Counted from the stretch's first letter, positions 27,495 through 35,884 are shown. The stretch is DNA of 64,000 nucleotides from Candidatus Nanoarchaeia archaeon (GCA_041501125.1 JBGQNO010000001.1:37981-101980); one strand, 5' to 3'. Numbers and translations are program-made. The notes: a model not told the origin generated them from the letters alone.

Positions 27495-28055
27495 ATGAGA
27501 AAAGAGGTGGAGAAAGTTTACATAGGTGTAGACGAATCTAATCATGGCAAATATCCAGAATATTTTGCAGCAGTCTTCTCGCCATTTGAATCAGATGTTA
27601 CAGCCAGAAAAATGAAAAAACAAAGAGAAAAATGCAAACATCAAAATCTTCTGTCAATGCTTGCGCGGGAAAGAGATTATTCTTTTTTAAGATTAGAAAA
27701 GCCCGATGATGAAAAATTAGGAAAAGATAAACTTGGAATTGTTATAGCTAGTTTAATCTCTGATTGTGTAGAAGATTATGAAATCAGAGGAAATTATACT
27801 GAATATGCAATTTTTGTCGATGGAATCATAGACAATAAATCAATCGGTCGAGCAAGAAGTATAGTCTCAGATTTGACAGAAATTGAGAAGCAATTTTTAA
27901 TAATCAAACCAAGCAGCGATGAAAGAATTCCAATTGTGAATTACGCTGATGAGCTTGCGCATTTCTTTTTTAGGCATACAACATCTCATGATCAAAATAC
28001 AAAATATTTGTCACACCACAAGGCATTGCTGAGGACAGGAGAAATAGCAGCATGA
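27495..28055 (+). CDS. Hypothetical protein co-transcribed with the second integrase (N-terminal YIGVDES motif, RNase H-like/DUF3800-like)
   Basis: 186 aa, 4-nt overlap with the downstream integrase start. The N-terminal VYIGVDESNHG resembles the first catalytic motif of RNase H-fold/DUF3800 proteins. Confidence 0.3.
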   Translation: MRKEVEKVYIGVDESNHGKYPEYFAAVFSPFESDVTARKMKKQREKCKHQNLLSMLARERDYSFLRLEKPDDEKLGKDKLGIVIASLISDCVEDYEIRGNYTEYAIFVDGIIDNKSIGRARSIVSDLTEIEKQFLIIKPSSDERIPIVNYADELAHFFFRHTTSHDQNTKYLSHHKALLRTGEIAA

Positions 28056-28885
28056 TAAACTACCTTGAAAAAATCTCGATAGAATTGAAGCTGAAAGGCT
28101 TTAGCGAGAAGACTGTAAAAATATATTCCTACTTTGTAAAAAAATATCTTGATAAGCTAGCTTTGGAAAACAAACAGCCTGAGAATGTAATCATTGATGA
28201 TATCAAGAGTTTTTTAGCAAGCTTGATTGACACCTACAGCAATAAATCAAGAGCATTGGCAACATCATCGCTTAGATTCTTCTACAAATCAGTAATGAAC
28301 AAGCCAGAAATTATGATTGGAATAGAAATTCCAAAGTCCGAGCAGTATCTTCCAAGTGTATTGACAAAAGAAGAAATTAAGAAACTTATCGATGCTGCTT
28401 TCACTGAAAAATCAAGATTAATCATGTCTCTTTTGTATTCTTCAGGCATCAGAGTCTCTGAACTTGTAAATATAAAAGTAAATGACATTGATTTTGAAAA
28501 TAAGCGCGGGGTTGTCCATGGAAAAGGAAACAAATCACGTCAGATTTTCCTGAGCGAAAATCTTTGCAAAGACTTAAAGGCATTTTTAGAGAAGAATCCC
28601 AATCAGAAATTCTTGTTCACAAGCAAGGAAGAAGCCCTGACAACAAGAAACATACAAAAAATAATCAAAAAAGCAAAAGAAAAAGCAGGCATAACAAAAA
28701 AAGTCACTCCGCACACTTTTCGCCATTCTTTTGCAACGCATTTGCTTGAAGCCGGCGTCGATATAAGAAAAATCCAGGTTTTACTTGGACATAGCAGGAT
28801 TGACACAACACAAATTTACACAAGAGTTTCTGGAAAAGAGCTTGAAAATATCAAGAATCCGCTTGATGGTTTGGAAAATGTGTGA
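28052..28885 (+). CDS. Tyrosine recombinase, XerA/XerC-like integrase (paralog of 24600-25442)
   Basis: 277 aa. HTFRHSFATHLLEAGVDIRKIQVLLGHSRIDTTQIYTRV. Roughly 40% identical to the first integrase by eye. Confidence 0.85.
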   Translation: MINYLEKISIELKLKGFSEKTVKIYSYFVKKYLDKLALENKQPENVIIDDIKSFLASLIDTYSNKSRALATSSLRFFYKSVMNKPEIMIGIEIPKSEQYLPSVLTKEEIKKLIDAAFTEKSRLIMSLLYSSGIRVSELVNIKVNDIDFENKRGVVHGKGNKSRQIFLSENLCKDLKAFLEKNPNQKFLFTSKEEALTTRNIQKIIKKAKEKAGITKKVTPHTFRHSFATHLLEAGVDIRKIQVLLGHSRIDTTQIYTRVSGKELENIKNPLDGLENV

Positions 28886-28886
28886 T

Positions 28887-29204
28887 TTATTCAATAATTA
28901 ATTCAAGAGTGTCTTTCAATATGATTTGATGCCCCTTAGATTTTTTAACTTCTTTTTTTAATTTCCAATACATATCTTTTGATAAAGTGATATCTGCTGT
29001 TTCAGAATCAGGCGTTAAATATGTGGTTATGTCATTGTCTTGTTTTAATCCAGTAAACTCAAGATGTAATTTCAGCAAATATCTTTTGCTTCGCGGTCTG
29101 TATATCAAATCTCGTTCACGAGCATATCCTGCAACTTTAATTTTCATTCCACGCTTACAATTGCTGCTTTTAAATCCTTTATTGCGCTTAAGAATATACA
29201 ACAA
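28887..29204 (-). CDS. Hypothetical protein
   Basis: 105 aa ORF lying between the second integrase and rps9. Confidence 0.3.
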   Translation of the reverse strand: MLYILKRNKGFKSSNCKRGMKIKVAGYARERDLIYRPRSKRYLLKLHLEFTGLKQDNDITTYLTPDSETADITLSKDMYWKLKKEVKKSKGHQIILKDTLELIIE

Positions 29205-29215
29205 AAGCTAAGAAT

Positions 29216-29626
29216 TTATCTGTATGATTTCTGCATGCTTGCTCGTGCCTTACTGTCATTAGGTTTCCTGTCTTCCTTTCTTCTTGTGTCTGCAATAAGC
29301 AGATTTTTGTCATAAGCAGAGAATGCTTTCTTCAAGTCATTTGACCGTGTTGCCTTGATAAGAGCTCTTGCAATAGCAAGTCTTGCAGCTTCAATGCCTG
29401 CCTCTTGTCCGCCGCCATTCAATCTTATTGAAATATCATAATTCACATTTCCAAGAATGTTCTTGGCAATCCTCAAAGGCTCATCTATCATTAATTTTCT
29501 GAACATCGGTTGCAACTCATATGGCTTATTGTTGATGGTTACTTTGCCAGTTCCTTCTATGATTGTTGCCCTGGCTACACTCGCTTTTCTCTTTCCTGTA
29601 ACTACTATTTTGCTTTTGGTTTCCAT
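29216..29626 (-). CDS. rps9: 30S ribosomal protein S9 (uS9)
   Basis: 136 aa. C-terminal ...KARASMQKSYR is characteristic of uS9. Confidence 0.85.
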   Translation of the reverse strand: METKSKIVVTGKRKASVARATIIEGTGKVTINNKPYELQPMFRKLMIDEPLRIAKNILGNVNYDISIRLNGGGQEAGIEAARLAIARALIKATRSNDLKKAFSAYDKNLLIADTRRKEDRKPNDSKARASMQKSYR

Positions 29627-29627
29627 A

Positions 29628-30044
29628 CTATTTTCCGCCTCTCAGGAATTTTGAAAGTTCTGCAAGCGCAATTCCTTTTACTTCTTCATTTCTTTTGCAG
29701 ATTATTTCCTTCTTGATATTCATGTAAGTTCCAGGCACGCCAGAATAACATTTGATTATTTTGAATGCTATCTTTCCTCGTCCTTCATTGTATTTCAGCA
29801 TTCCTCTTACAGTCCTTTTCATTATCTTCTCTGGCAAAGTCGGGAACAATGGCCCTTTCATCTTCATGTGCTTGCCCTTTTGTCTCATTATAATATATTT
29901 TTCAAAGATGCTATGCCTGTTTCCAGTTATAAATATTTTTTCACAATTCACAATAACAACTTCATTTCCCTGCAAAGCCTGCTTGGCAGCATAGCTAGCA
30001 ATTCTTCCCATAATGCATCCGTCAGCATCAATTACAATTGTCAT
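29628..30044 (-). CDS. rpl13: 50S ribosomal protein L13 (uL13)
   Basis: 138 aa. N-terminal VIDADGCIMGRIASYAAKQALQGNEVVIVNCEK is a typical uL13 motif. Confidence 0.85.
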   Translation of the reverse strand: MTIVIDADGCIMGRIASYAAKQALQGNEVVIVNCEKIFITGNRHSIFEKYIIMRQKGKHMKMKGPLFPTLPEKIMKRTVRGMLKYNEGRGKIAFKIIKCYSGVPGTYMNIKKEIICKRNEEVKGIALAELSKFLRGGK

Positions 30045-30100
30045 TTTATTTCATGAAGCTTGTCCTCCACAAGCGAATGATTGAAAATTATTTATAATTT

Positions 30101-30469
30101 TCATTTTTTGAATATATTAAATTTAGTTCTTTGATTTCTATCAATTTCATCTTTTATCTTTCCAAAATCAATCTTGCTTTTCTTTAATTTATCTTCAGCA
30201 GATTTTGAAAATGAAAAAGCTATCAACCTGACCTTCTTGTTTAAGGCCCCTGTGCCTAAAACCTTTCCAGCAACCACAACAACATCTCCATCCTTGGCTT
30301 TCTTGTCAATCTCGTCCAAGTTTGCATCTATCATCCTTCTTGCTGGACACGAGAGCATTCCTGCAACCTCAACCCACATTCCATTCTTTTTTGCTTTCAG
30401 AATAGTTTCAACTAGTTCAGGATTAACCTTTCTTTGCATTTGTTTATCGATTAGTGTTTTTGATTTCAT
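30101..30469 (-). CDS. rpl18e: 50S ribosomal protein L18e (eL18)
   Basis: 122 aa. Conserved position between rpoD and rpl13. L18e-like N-terminal KTLIDKQMQRK. Confidence 0.75.
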   Translation of the reverse strand: MKSKTLIDKQMQRKVNPELVETILKAKKNGMWVEVAGMLSCPARRMIDANLDEIDKKAKDGDVVVVAGKVLGTGALNKKVRLIAFSFSKSAEDKLKKSKIDFGKIKDEIDRNQRTKFNIFKK

Positions 30470-30665
30470 TGTAAACTTGACAGAAGTCTTGATATCGACT
30501 CCTGCTCAGCGCGATTAACTCGCAGGTTGAAACTTGAATTGGAGTATGCTTTATAAAACTTTCCAAATAATGTTTGATTCACTCTTGCTGCGGCGAACAA
30601 AACAAATGTTTGACATTGCTTACTGCGGACGCCTGATGGCGTTCCTCGTTATCGCAATGCGAACA

Positions 30666-30749
30666 TGCGGGGAGAAGGAATCGAACCCTCGCAGGCACTA
30701 AGCCACTTGGTCCTTAGCCAAGCCCGTTTGACCGCTCCGGCATCCCCGC
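30666..30749 (-). tRNA. tRNA-Leu, type II. Apparent anticodon AAG (anticodon loop CUAAGGA)
   Basis: Reverse-strand cloverleaf: acceptor GCGGGGA/TCCCCGC+A. D arm CCG-GAGCGGTCAAA-CGG. Anticodon stem CTTGG/CCAAG. Variable arm GGC-TTAGT-GCC. T arm GAGGG-TTCGATT-CCTTC. Confidence 0.6.
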
Positions 30750-30795
30750 TTGTATGCAATTTTACAACTCTAAGAAATCAACTGGTTTTAAAACT

Positions 30796-31515
30796 TTACT
30801 CTAGCTCTTTCAAATTCTCTTTCAAAGCCTTTACAGCTTCAAACAGAATTTCCTTGGCAGGCATCTGTCCCCAGGATTCTATGCAGAACACGAGTTCCTT
30901 GCCTGGAGCAATCCTGAAATCAAGATTTTTGTCAGTATCATAAAAATCAGTCTTGTACTTATCAATCAACTTAATCTCTCCGTCTTTGAACTCAAGAATT
31001 CCCTTTGGATATCTTTCAATTATCTTGCTGTCTTTCTTGTTTCCTTCAAGTTCAGCAACATTTCGATAGTAAGCCAATCCAGGCGAATATTTTGTATGCT
31101 CAGTTCCTTTTCCAAGCCTTGCAAATGCAACAAGTTCAAGCTCCTGTCCTTCATTCAAGTACACTAAAGGTACATCGGAATAAACAGGCTTTGCGCTTCC
31201 TTTTAATTCCTTAGAATAAACAAATCCAGGCTCTTTAGCCCCAAGTTTCAATTGTATCGTGCACTTCGAGCAACCCTTGCCCTTGCAAGTGCACTGGTCT
31301 GGCATCTTCATGTCCTTGTCCATCTTCAATGGAAGAAGTCCAAGTCTTAATGCAAGAACTTCATCATAGAGAACAGAATCATTTTTAACAAACTCAACTT
31401 CATCAATTGCAAGAACCGGAATTTCAAGCACACTTCTCCTTATCGCATTCGCCAAGCTTTCTGACATTTCTGCTGCAAAGCAGATTTCTTCATTAGTGTT
31501 TTTTATTATTTTCAT
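30796..31515 (-). CDS. rpoD: DNA-directed RNA polymerase subunit D (Rpo3) with Cys cluster insertion
   Basis: 239 aa. Conserved archaeal position after rps11. Cys cluster CTCKGKGCSKCT typical of Rpo3 domain 3. Confidence 0.85.
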   Translation of the reverse strand: MKIIKNTNEEICFAAEMSESLANAIRRSVLEIPVLAIDEVEFVKNDSVLYDEVLALRLGLLPLKMDKDMKMPDQCTCKGKGCSKCTIQLKLGAKEPGFVYSKELKGSAKPVYSDVPLVYLNEGQELELVAFARLGKGTEHTKYSPGLAYYRNVAELEGNKKDSKIIERYPKGILEFKDGEIKLIDKYKTDFYDTDKNLDFRIAPGKELVFCIESWGQMPAKEILFEAVKALKENLKELE

Positions 31516-31856
31516 TTTTTAACCTCATTCCAGTCTATTTTCTCTCGCTTAGCATTACCTATTGTGAAGCCATTAGGATATCGTTTTTTGAGTTTTTCAA
31601 TATTTTCATTTAATACGTCCTCAAGTTTCCAGCCGAAGAAATTGCAAATCATTGCTATATACCATAAAGTATCTCCCAAGTTTTCTTTTATTCCGGGCTT
31701 TACATCGTTGTCATGGGCAAATGTTTTCTTTATGCAGCCAGCCACATCCCCTGCTTCTCCCGCCATTCCTAAGCCCCATGTAAATATTTCTGCCTGCTCA
31801 CTATCAAATTTCTTTGCAGTTATCTTGCACGCTTCCTGATACTCATTAAGGTTCAT
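31512..31856 (-). CDS. MazG-like nucleoside triphosphate pyrophosphohydrolase
   Basis: 114 aa. Helix pair GMAGEAGDVAGCIKK ... LGDTLWYIAMICNFFGW fits the all-alpha MazG/NTP-PPase fold. Inserted between rps11 and rpoD. Confidence 0.55.
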   Translation of the reverse strand: MNLNEYQEACKITAKKFDSEQAEIFTWGLGMAGEAGDVAGCIKKTFAHDNDVKPGIKENLGDTLWYIAMICNFFGWKLEDVLNENIEKLKKRYPNGFTIGNAKREKIDWNEVKK

Positions 31857-32236
31857 TATACTCTCCTTCCTCTTTTTCCGCCCTTCTTCTTTGGACCGCC
31901 GCGAGGAACGCAGCTTATTTCAACAATATTTAATATTTTTAATCCTTCTTTTGCAAGAGCCTTTACAGCAGAATGTGCTCCAGGTCCTGGACCCGGACTG
32001 TTTGTCTGTGCCTTAACTCGAACATACAGCGATGTAATTCCAAAATCCTTTGCCTGTTCAGCTGCTTTCTTGGCAACAAACATTGCAATTGTTGGATTTG
32101 CCTTTAATCTGTCATGCTTTGTTATCTGTCCGCCAGAAACCCGGCTGATTGTTCTTCCAGCCAGGTCAGTGATATGCACAATAGTGTTATTGAATGAAGT
32201 GTAGATATGAGCAATTCCAGCTATTTCATTTGTCAT
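31856..32236 (-). CDS. rps11: 30S ribosomal protein S11 (uS11)
   Basis: 126 aa. GIAHIYTSFNNTIVHITD...NSPGPGPGAHSAVKALA is the uS11 signature. Confidence 0.9.
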   Translation of the reverse strand: MTNEIAGIAHIYTSFNNTIVHITDLAGRTISRVSGGQITKHDRLKANPTIAMFVAKKAAEQAKDFGITSLYVRVKAQTNSPGPGPGAHSAVKALAKEGLKILNIVEISCVPRGGPKKKGGKRGRRV

Positions 32237-32724
32237 TGCATTTCTCCCTTCTTAGCTGCAACTTCTTTCAGAGGCTTTGCGAGAACTTCTATCTTGTGTT
32301 CCTCAGCAACATCTATAACATAGCTCGGAATATTAACAACTTTTTTATCAACCATAACATGCCTATGAGTTATCAGTTGTCTGGCTTGCTTTGGTGTTTT
32401 AGCCAGGCCTTTTGTGAATACAATTGTCTGCAGTCTTCTGTCAAGCCAGTCTTCTTTCTTCAATGCAAGAATATCAGCTATTTTTTCTACCTTCAGCCCA
32501 ATTTTCTTCAACTTTGTTATAAGAACATTTTTCTCTTCTTCTCCTCCAGTGATAAGCGCCTTTGCAATGTTCCTAAACTCTCGTATTCTGGCTTCTGCTT
32601 TCCAGATCTCTCTCTTCTTTTCAAGTCCGTATTTCTTGACTATTCCCGCTTCTACTTCGAATCGTGCCTTATCAAAAGGCTTTCTTGGCTTGCTGTATGT
32701 TTTTTTCTTTCTAATCCATGACAT
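32233..32724 (-). CDS. rps4: 30S ribosomal protein S4 (uS4)
   Basis: 163 aa. Archaeal uS4 pattern with S4 RNA-binding domain (RRLQTIVFTKGLAKT). Confidence 0.85.
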   Translation of the reverse strand: MSWIRKKKTYSKPRKPFDKARFEVEAGIVKKYGLEKKREIWKAEARIREFRNIAKALITGGEEEKNVLITKLKKIGLKVEKIADILALKKEDWLDRRLQTIVFTKGLAKTPKQARQLITHRHVMVDKKVVNIPSYVIDVAEEHKIEVLAKPLKEVAAKKGEMQ

Positions 32725-32725
32725 T

Positions 32726-33274
32726 TTATTTCTTTATAGAGCTTTTAGTTACCCCAACTGTTTTGTTTTTCCTGAAGTGTGATCTTGTTCTCTGGCCCCT
32801 CACTGGCTGTCCCATGATATGCCTGATACCCTTGTAGCATCTTATCTTTTTCATTCGTTTAATATCAAATTCTTTTTGCAAATCCAAATCACTTCCAATC
32901 AGATGTTTGTTCTCGCCTGTGTCAAAATCTTTTTTCCTGTTCAAAAGGAAAGCAGGCAAATTTGGTTTTGCAATGAATTCAGAAATCTTTGTAATTTCAT
33001 CTTTGCTTAATTGTTCAATCTTCTTTGTCTTGTCAAGCCCAAGCTTATTGAGAACTGCATTTGAAAATGTCCATGAAACTCCTTTAATTCTTGTCAATCC
33101 AGCCAGAACTCTCTTGCTTCCTGGAATATCTGTTGCCAGAATCCTGATTAATGCTTCTGTTTCTTCGGCAATAGGCTCTGGTCTGCCCTTTTTCATTTCT
33201 TCAGGCTTTCCTTTCCTTGCTTCCTGATGCCTTTGCCTGCTTTCTTCTTGTCTTTTGTTTTGCTCTTCAGCCAT
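32726..33274 (-). CDS. rps13: 30S ribosomal protein S13 (uS13) with Lys/Glu/Arg-rich N-terminal extension
   Basis: RILATDIPGSKRV...GQRTRSHFRK core. The start is trimmed to MAEEQNK to avoid overlap with the upstream gene. The track ORF extends to 33304. Confidence 0.8.
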   Translation of the reverse strand: MAEEQNKRQEESRQRHQEARKGKPEEMKKGRPEPIAEETEALIRILATDIPGSKRVLAGLTRIKGVSWTFSNAVLNKLGLDKTKKIEQLSKDEITKISEFIAKPNLPAFLLNRKKDFDTGENKHLIGSDLDLQKEFDIKRMKKIRCYKGIRHIMGQPVRGQRTRSHFRKNKTVGVTKSSIKK

Positions 33275-33275
33275 T

Positions 33276-33815
33276 TTATTTCGTGAACATCCTGTGTCTT
33301 TCATCCGGAGTTGTTAATTCAACCCAGATTCTTTTTTCAACTGCTTTTCGCGGATCAGGAATGTTTTGAATCCTGTTTTTGATATCCTCAAAGCTTTCGA
33401 ACGGCTTTTTCTCCCGCTCATTGATTATGTCCAAGGTATGTTTCTTGCCAAACCCTGGAAGCAGCTCAAGTTGATGCAATCTTGTATTTACTGCTTCTGC
33501 TTTGTTGAAAAAATCAACAAATTCCTTCTCTTTTTCTGTAATCACTGCCTTAATAAAGTCTTCTAATGTTAATTTTGCAGTCTGTGTAAGTTTTTCTGAG
33601 GGCAGTCTGCCAAGGATGTAGGATATCTGGTCTCTCTTGCCTGCACCGATATAAACTTTTTCATTCGGCTTGAGAGAAATTCCCCGCCTTGGAACAAGCT
33701 GTAATAGAGTAAGATTTTTAGTTCCTATAGCCTGGGCTACGGGAAGTGTTTTCCCTTCCAGAGGATATCCGTAAGGAAGGAAGTCTAAGACAATCGCATA
33801 TTCTTCTTTTTCCAT
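33276..33815 (-). CDS. DUF655-family archaeal nucleic-acid-binding protein (HhH-containing)
   Basis: 179 aa. Conserved archaeal neighbourhood (rpl21e-rpoF-DUF655). GKKHTLDIINER HhH-like segment. Confidence 0.55.
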   Translation of the reverse strand: MEKEEYAIVLDFLPYGYPLEGKTLPVAQAIGTKNLTLLQLVPRRGISLKPNEKVYIGAGKRDQISYILGRLPSEKLTQTAKLTLEDFIKAVITEKEKEFVDFFNKAEAVNTRLHQLELLPGFGKKHTLDIINEREKKPFESFEDIKNRIQNIPDPRKAVEKRIWVELTTPDERHRMFTK

Positions 33816-33820
33816 TTTCG

Positions 33821-34117
33821 CTATTTGTATTTCTTAACAACCTCAAGTATTTTATTGATTTCATCCTCGTTCAAACTAACATCAACAAAGATCTTATTCA
33901 AGTCTGATGCGTCTTCAGGCATCAAATCAATGACTTTGACTGCTGTATCTGGTTTCATCTTGATAATTTCAAGTTTGTCAAGCTCGTCTCGCATTTTCTT
34001 TGCCTCGTCAGGTTTCATCTTGCAGAATGTTTTTACAAATTTCTCTACTTCAGGCTTGTCCTCACTGACCATGCTCTTGACTTCTGCCAGACTCAATGGT
34101 TCTTGTTTTAATATCAT
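33821..34117 (-). CDS. rpoF: DNA-directed RNA polymerase subunit F (Rpo4)
   Basis: 98 aa acidic protein. Conserved position downstream of rpl21e. Confidence 0.55.
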   Translation of the reverse strand: MILKQEPLSLAEVKSMVSEDKPEVEKFVKTFCKMKPDEAKKMRDELDKLEIIKMKPDTAVKVIDLMPEDASDLNKIFVDVSLNEDEINKILEVVKKYK

Positions 34118-34118
34118 T

Positions 34119-34373
34119 TTACTTTAATTTCACCAAGTGTATTGGTTTAATTATGTATCTCTTCTCCATTCCTAAGTCTTTAATCTTTATCATGTATGCC
34201 CTGCCGACCTTTTTCTCAACTACACCCGTATTTCCCTGTATCCTTGCTGGGAAACTTCCAGTTTCCGAGAGTTCTCGGAATACAGTAACCCTGTCTCCAG
34301 GCTCCAGTTTCTGAAACATGCGACTAAGTTTGATTTTTCCTTTTTCTCTTGTTCCTTTATGCTTCTTTTTCAT
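34119..34373 (-). CDS. rpl21e: 50S ribosomal protein L21e (eL21)
   Basis: 84 aa. KHKGTREKGK...GDRVTV...GNTGVV pattern is typical of L21e. Confidence 0.75.
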   Translation of the reverse strand: MKKKHKGTREKGKIKLSRMFQKLEPGDRVTVFRELSETGSFPARIQGNTGVVEKKVGRAYMIKIKDLGMEKRYIIKPIHLVKLK

Positions 34374-34376
34374 TTT

Positions 34377-34682
34377 TTATCGTTTTCTGAACATATGCTC
34401 AATCTCTGCAAGGATTTTCTCGAAAACCCCTGCCAGAGCAACATATAGATTATAATCTGTTTCCTTTGAACTGATAATATTTCCTTTCATTATCAAGTCG
34501 CCTTCAATCTCGTGAAGGAAACTCTTTCCATGCATTGACTTTTTCAGTCTCAGTTTTAACTCATCATAGGTCTTTACACGATCTTCTATCTTTCCAAGGT
34601 ACTTTTCCAGTACTTCATTAACCTTCTCCTTTTCAGAGGCATCGAGATTAAATCCTGACAACGACAGCTTTTTATCTTGCAT
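34377..34682 (-). CDS. Hypothetical protein
   Basis: 101 aa ORF in the ribosomal/RNAP neighbourhood. No recognisable motif. Confidence 0.3.
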   Translation of the reverse strand: MQDKKLSLSGFNLDASEKEKVNEVLEKYLGKIEDRVKTYDELKLRLKKSMHGKSFLHEIEGDLIMKGNIISSKETDYNLYVALAGVFEKILAEIEHMFRKR

Positions 34683-34707
34683 TTTTTACACTTTTAAGTG
34701 GTATTTT

Positions 34708-34938
34708 TCATTTAAAAGCTTTTTTATAACTTTCCTTTTCGATTTCCCGCAGGTCTTTATTCTCCAATTGTGAGCCCACAAATCCCTGGTTCAAATCGCC
34801 CTTATCCTTGGCTCTTTCCATGCCGTCTTTTATCGCCTTAAGCATTTTTTCTCCCCATACACCTCTTCCGCATACTTCGCAAAAGTCAATGACACTTTCT
34901 TCTGCTATCTGCTTCTTGCAATAAATACATTTTTTCAT
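34708..34938 (-). CDS. Small zinc-ribbon protein
   Basis: 76 aa. CIYC...CEVC pair. Confidence 0.4.
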   Translation of the reverse strand: MKKCIYCKKQIAEESVIDFCEVCGRGVWGEKMLKAIKDGMERAKDKGDLNQGFVGSQLENKDLREIEKESYKKAFK

Positions 34939-35023
34939 TTCAGAAATAGCTTTAAGCAGTTTTTAAATTTAATCTATATTCATTAATAGTAACCTTTTTA
35001 AATCGTCCCTAATTCAAACAAAC

Positions 35024-35221
35024 ATGATTATTCCAATAAGGTGCTTTTCCTGTGGAAAACCAGTAGCGCAATTGTATGCTGAATACAAGAAACGTGTTGC
35101 CCTTGGCGAAGAACCCGGAAAAGTTCTTGATGAACTTGGCTTGAAGAGATATTGCTGCAGAACAATGTTCCTCGGACAGGCAGATTTGATAGAAGAAATC
35201 AGCCGCTTTAAAAAAGCCTGA
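35024..35221 (+). CDS. rpoN: DNA-directed RNA polymerase subunit N (Rpo10)
   Basis: 65 aa. MIIPIRCFSCGK...RYCCRTM is the Rpb10/RpoN zinc-bundle signature. The overlapping minus-strand ORF 35009-35245 is rejected. Confidence 0.85.
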   Translation: MIIPIRCFSCGKPVAQLYAEYKKRVALGEEPGKVLDELGLKRYCCRTMFLGQADLIEEISRFKKA

Positions 35222-35279
35222 TGTTCTTCGGCTTTTTAAAGCCACAAAAATTCTTAAAATTTTTGATGTTTAAGAAGGC

Positions 35280-35606
35280 TTAAACTTTCCACTTCATCAA
35301 ATTTCTGCATTCTTGGCATTCTACATTCTTTATGCCTTTTTTGATTCCTTTTACTTTCAAATTCGGACTTAAACATTTTTTACAGAATCTTTTTCTCAGA
35401 TCTCCAAGGCGAATATTAAACTTCATCGCCATCTTTTTTATTTTCTTGATGTCAGAAATGTGGTTAAAACCACACCCTTTACGGTGCTGCATTTCTGAGC
35501 ATCCAAAACTCAAGGAGTTTTCGATATCGCTGGCAGATTTTCCATCAAGATTTTTGAAGAAATCATTAATCTTTTCCTGAACCTCTTTTCTTGTTAGCTC
35601 TGCCAT
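35280..35606 (-). CDS. RNase P protein component 4 (Rpp21/Rpr2-like zinc-ribbon protein)
   Basis: About 109 aa from MAELTRKEV. C-terminal zinc ribbon FCKKCLSPNL...VECQECRNLM. Basic composition. Confidence 0.45.
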   Translation of the reverse strand: MAELTRKEVQEKINDFFKNLDGKSASDIENSLSFGCSEMQHRKGCGFNHISDIKKIKKMAMKFNIRLGDLRKRFCKKCLSPNLKVKGIKKGIKNVECQECRNLMKWKV

Positions 35607-35770
35607 AAAATAAAAAAAGCAAGACAGCTTTTTGGTTTCGCCTCTTGTGAAGACTACACCCAAAAACGTAACCAGCTTAACTTCTGTGTTCGGAAAGGGA
35701 ACAGGTGTTTCCTGGTTACTATGGCCGTCTTAACTTTAATCAATATGACTCGCTTTTAAAGTTTTCTATA

Positions 35771-35845
35771 CGCTCCCGATAGGATTTGAACCTACGATCT
35801 TCAGGTTAGGAACCTGCTGCTCTATCCAGGCTGAGCTACAGGAGC
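35771..35845 (-). tRNA. tRNA-Arg (anticodon CCU)
   Basis: Reverse-strand cloverleaf: acceptor GCTCCTG/CGGGAGC+G. D arm GCTC-AGCCTGGATA-GAGC. Anticodon loop UUCCUAA. T arm GTAGG-TTCAAAT-CCTAT. Confidence 0.7.
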
Positions 35846-35884
35846 ATAATGATATGCAGAATCTGAATTTAAAAAATGTATCCT

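Noticed and set aside
33276-33304. 29-nt overlap between the S13 and DUF655 ORFs as called in the track
   Set aside because: Resolved by using the downstream Met (MAEEQNK) as the S13 start. The upstream residues are low-complexity and not conserved in uS13.
35009-35245. 78-aa minus-strand ORF overlapping rpoN
   Set aside because: rpoN on the plus strand has the unmistakable Rpb10 zinc-bundle signature. The minus-strand ORF is its antisense shadow.
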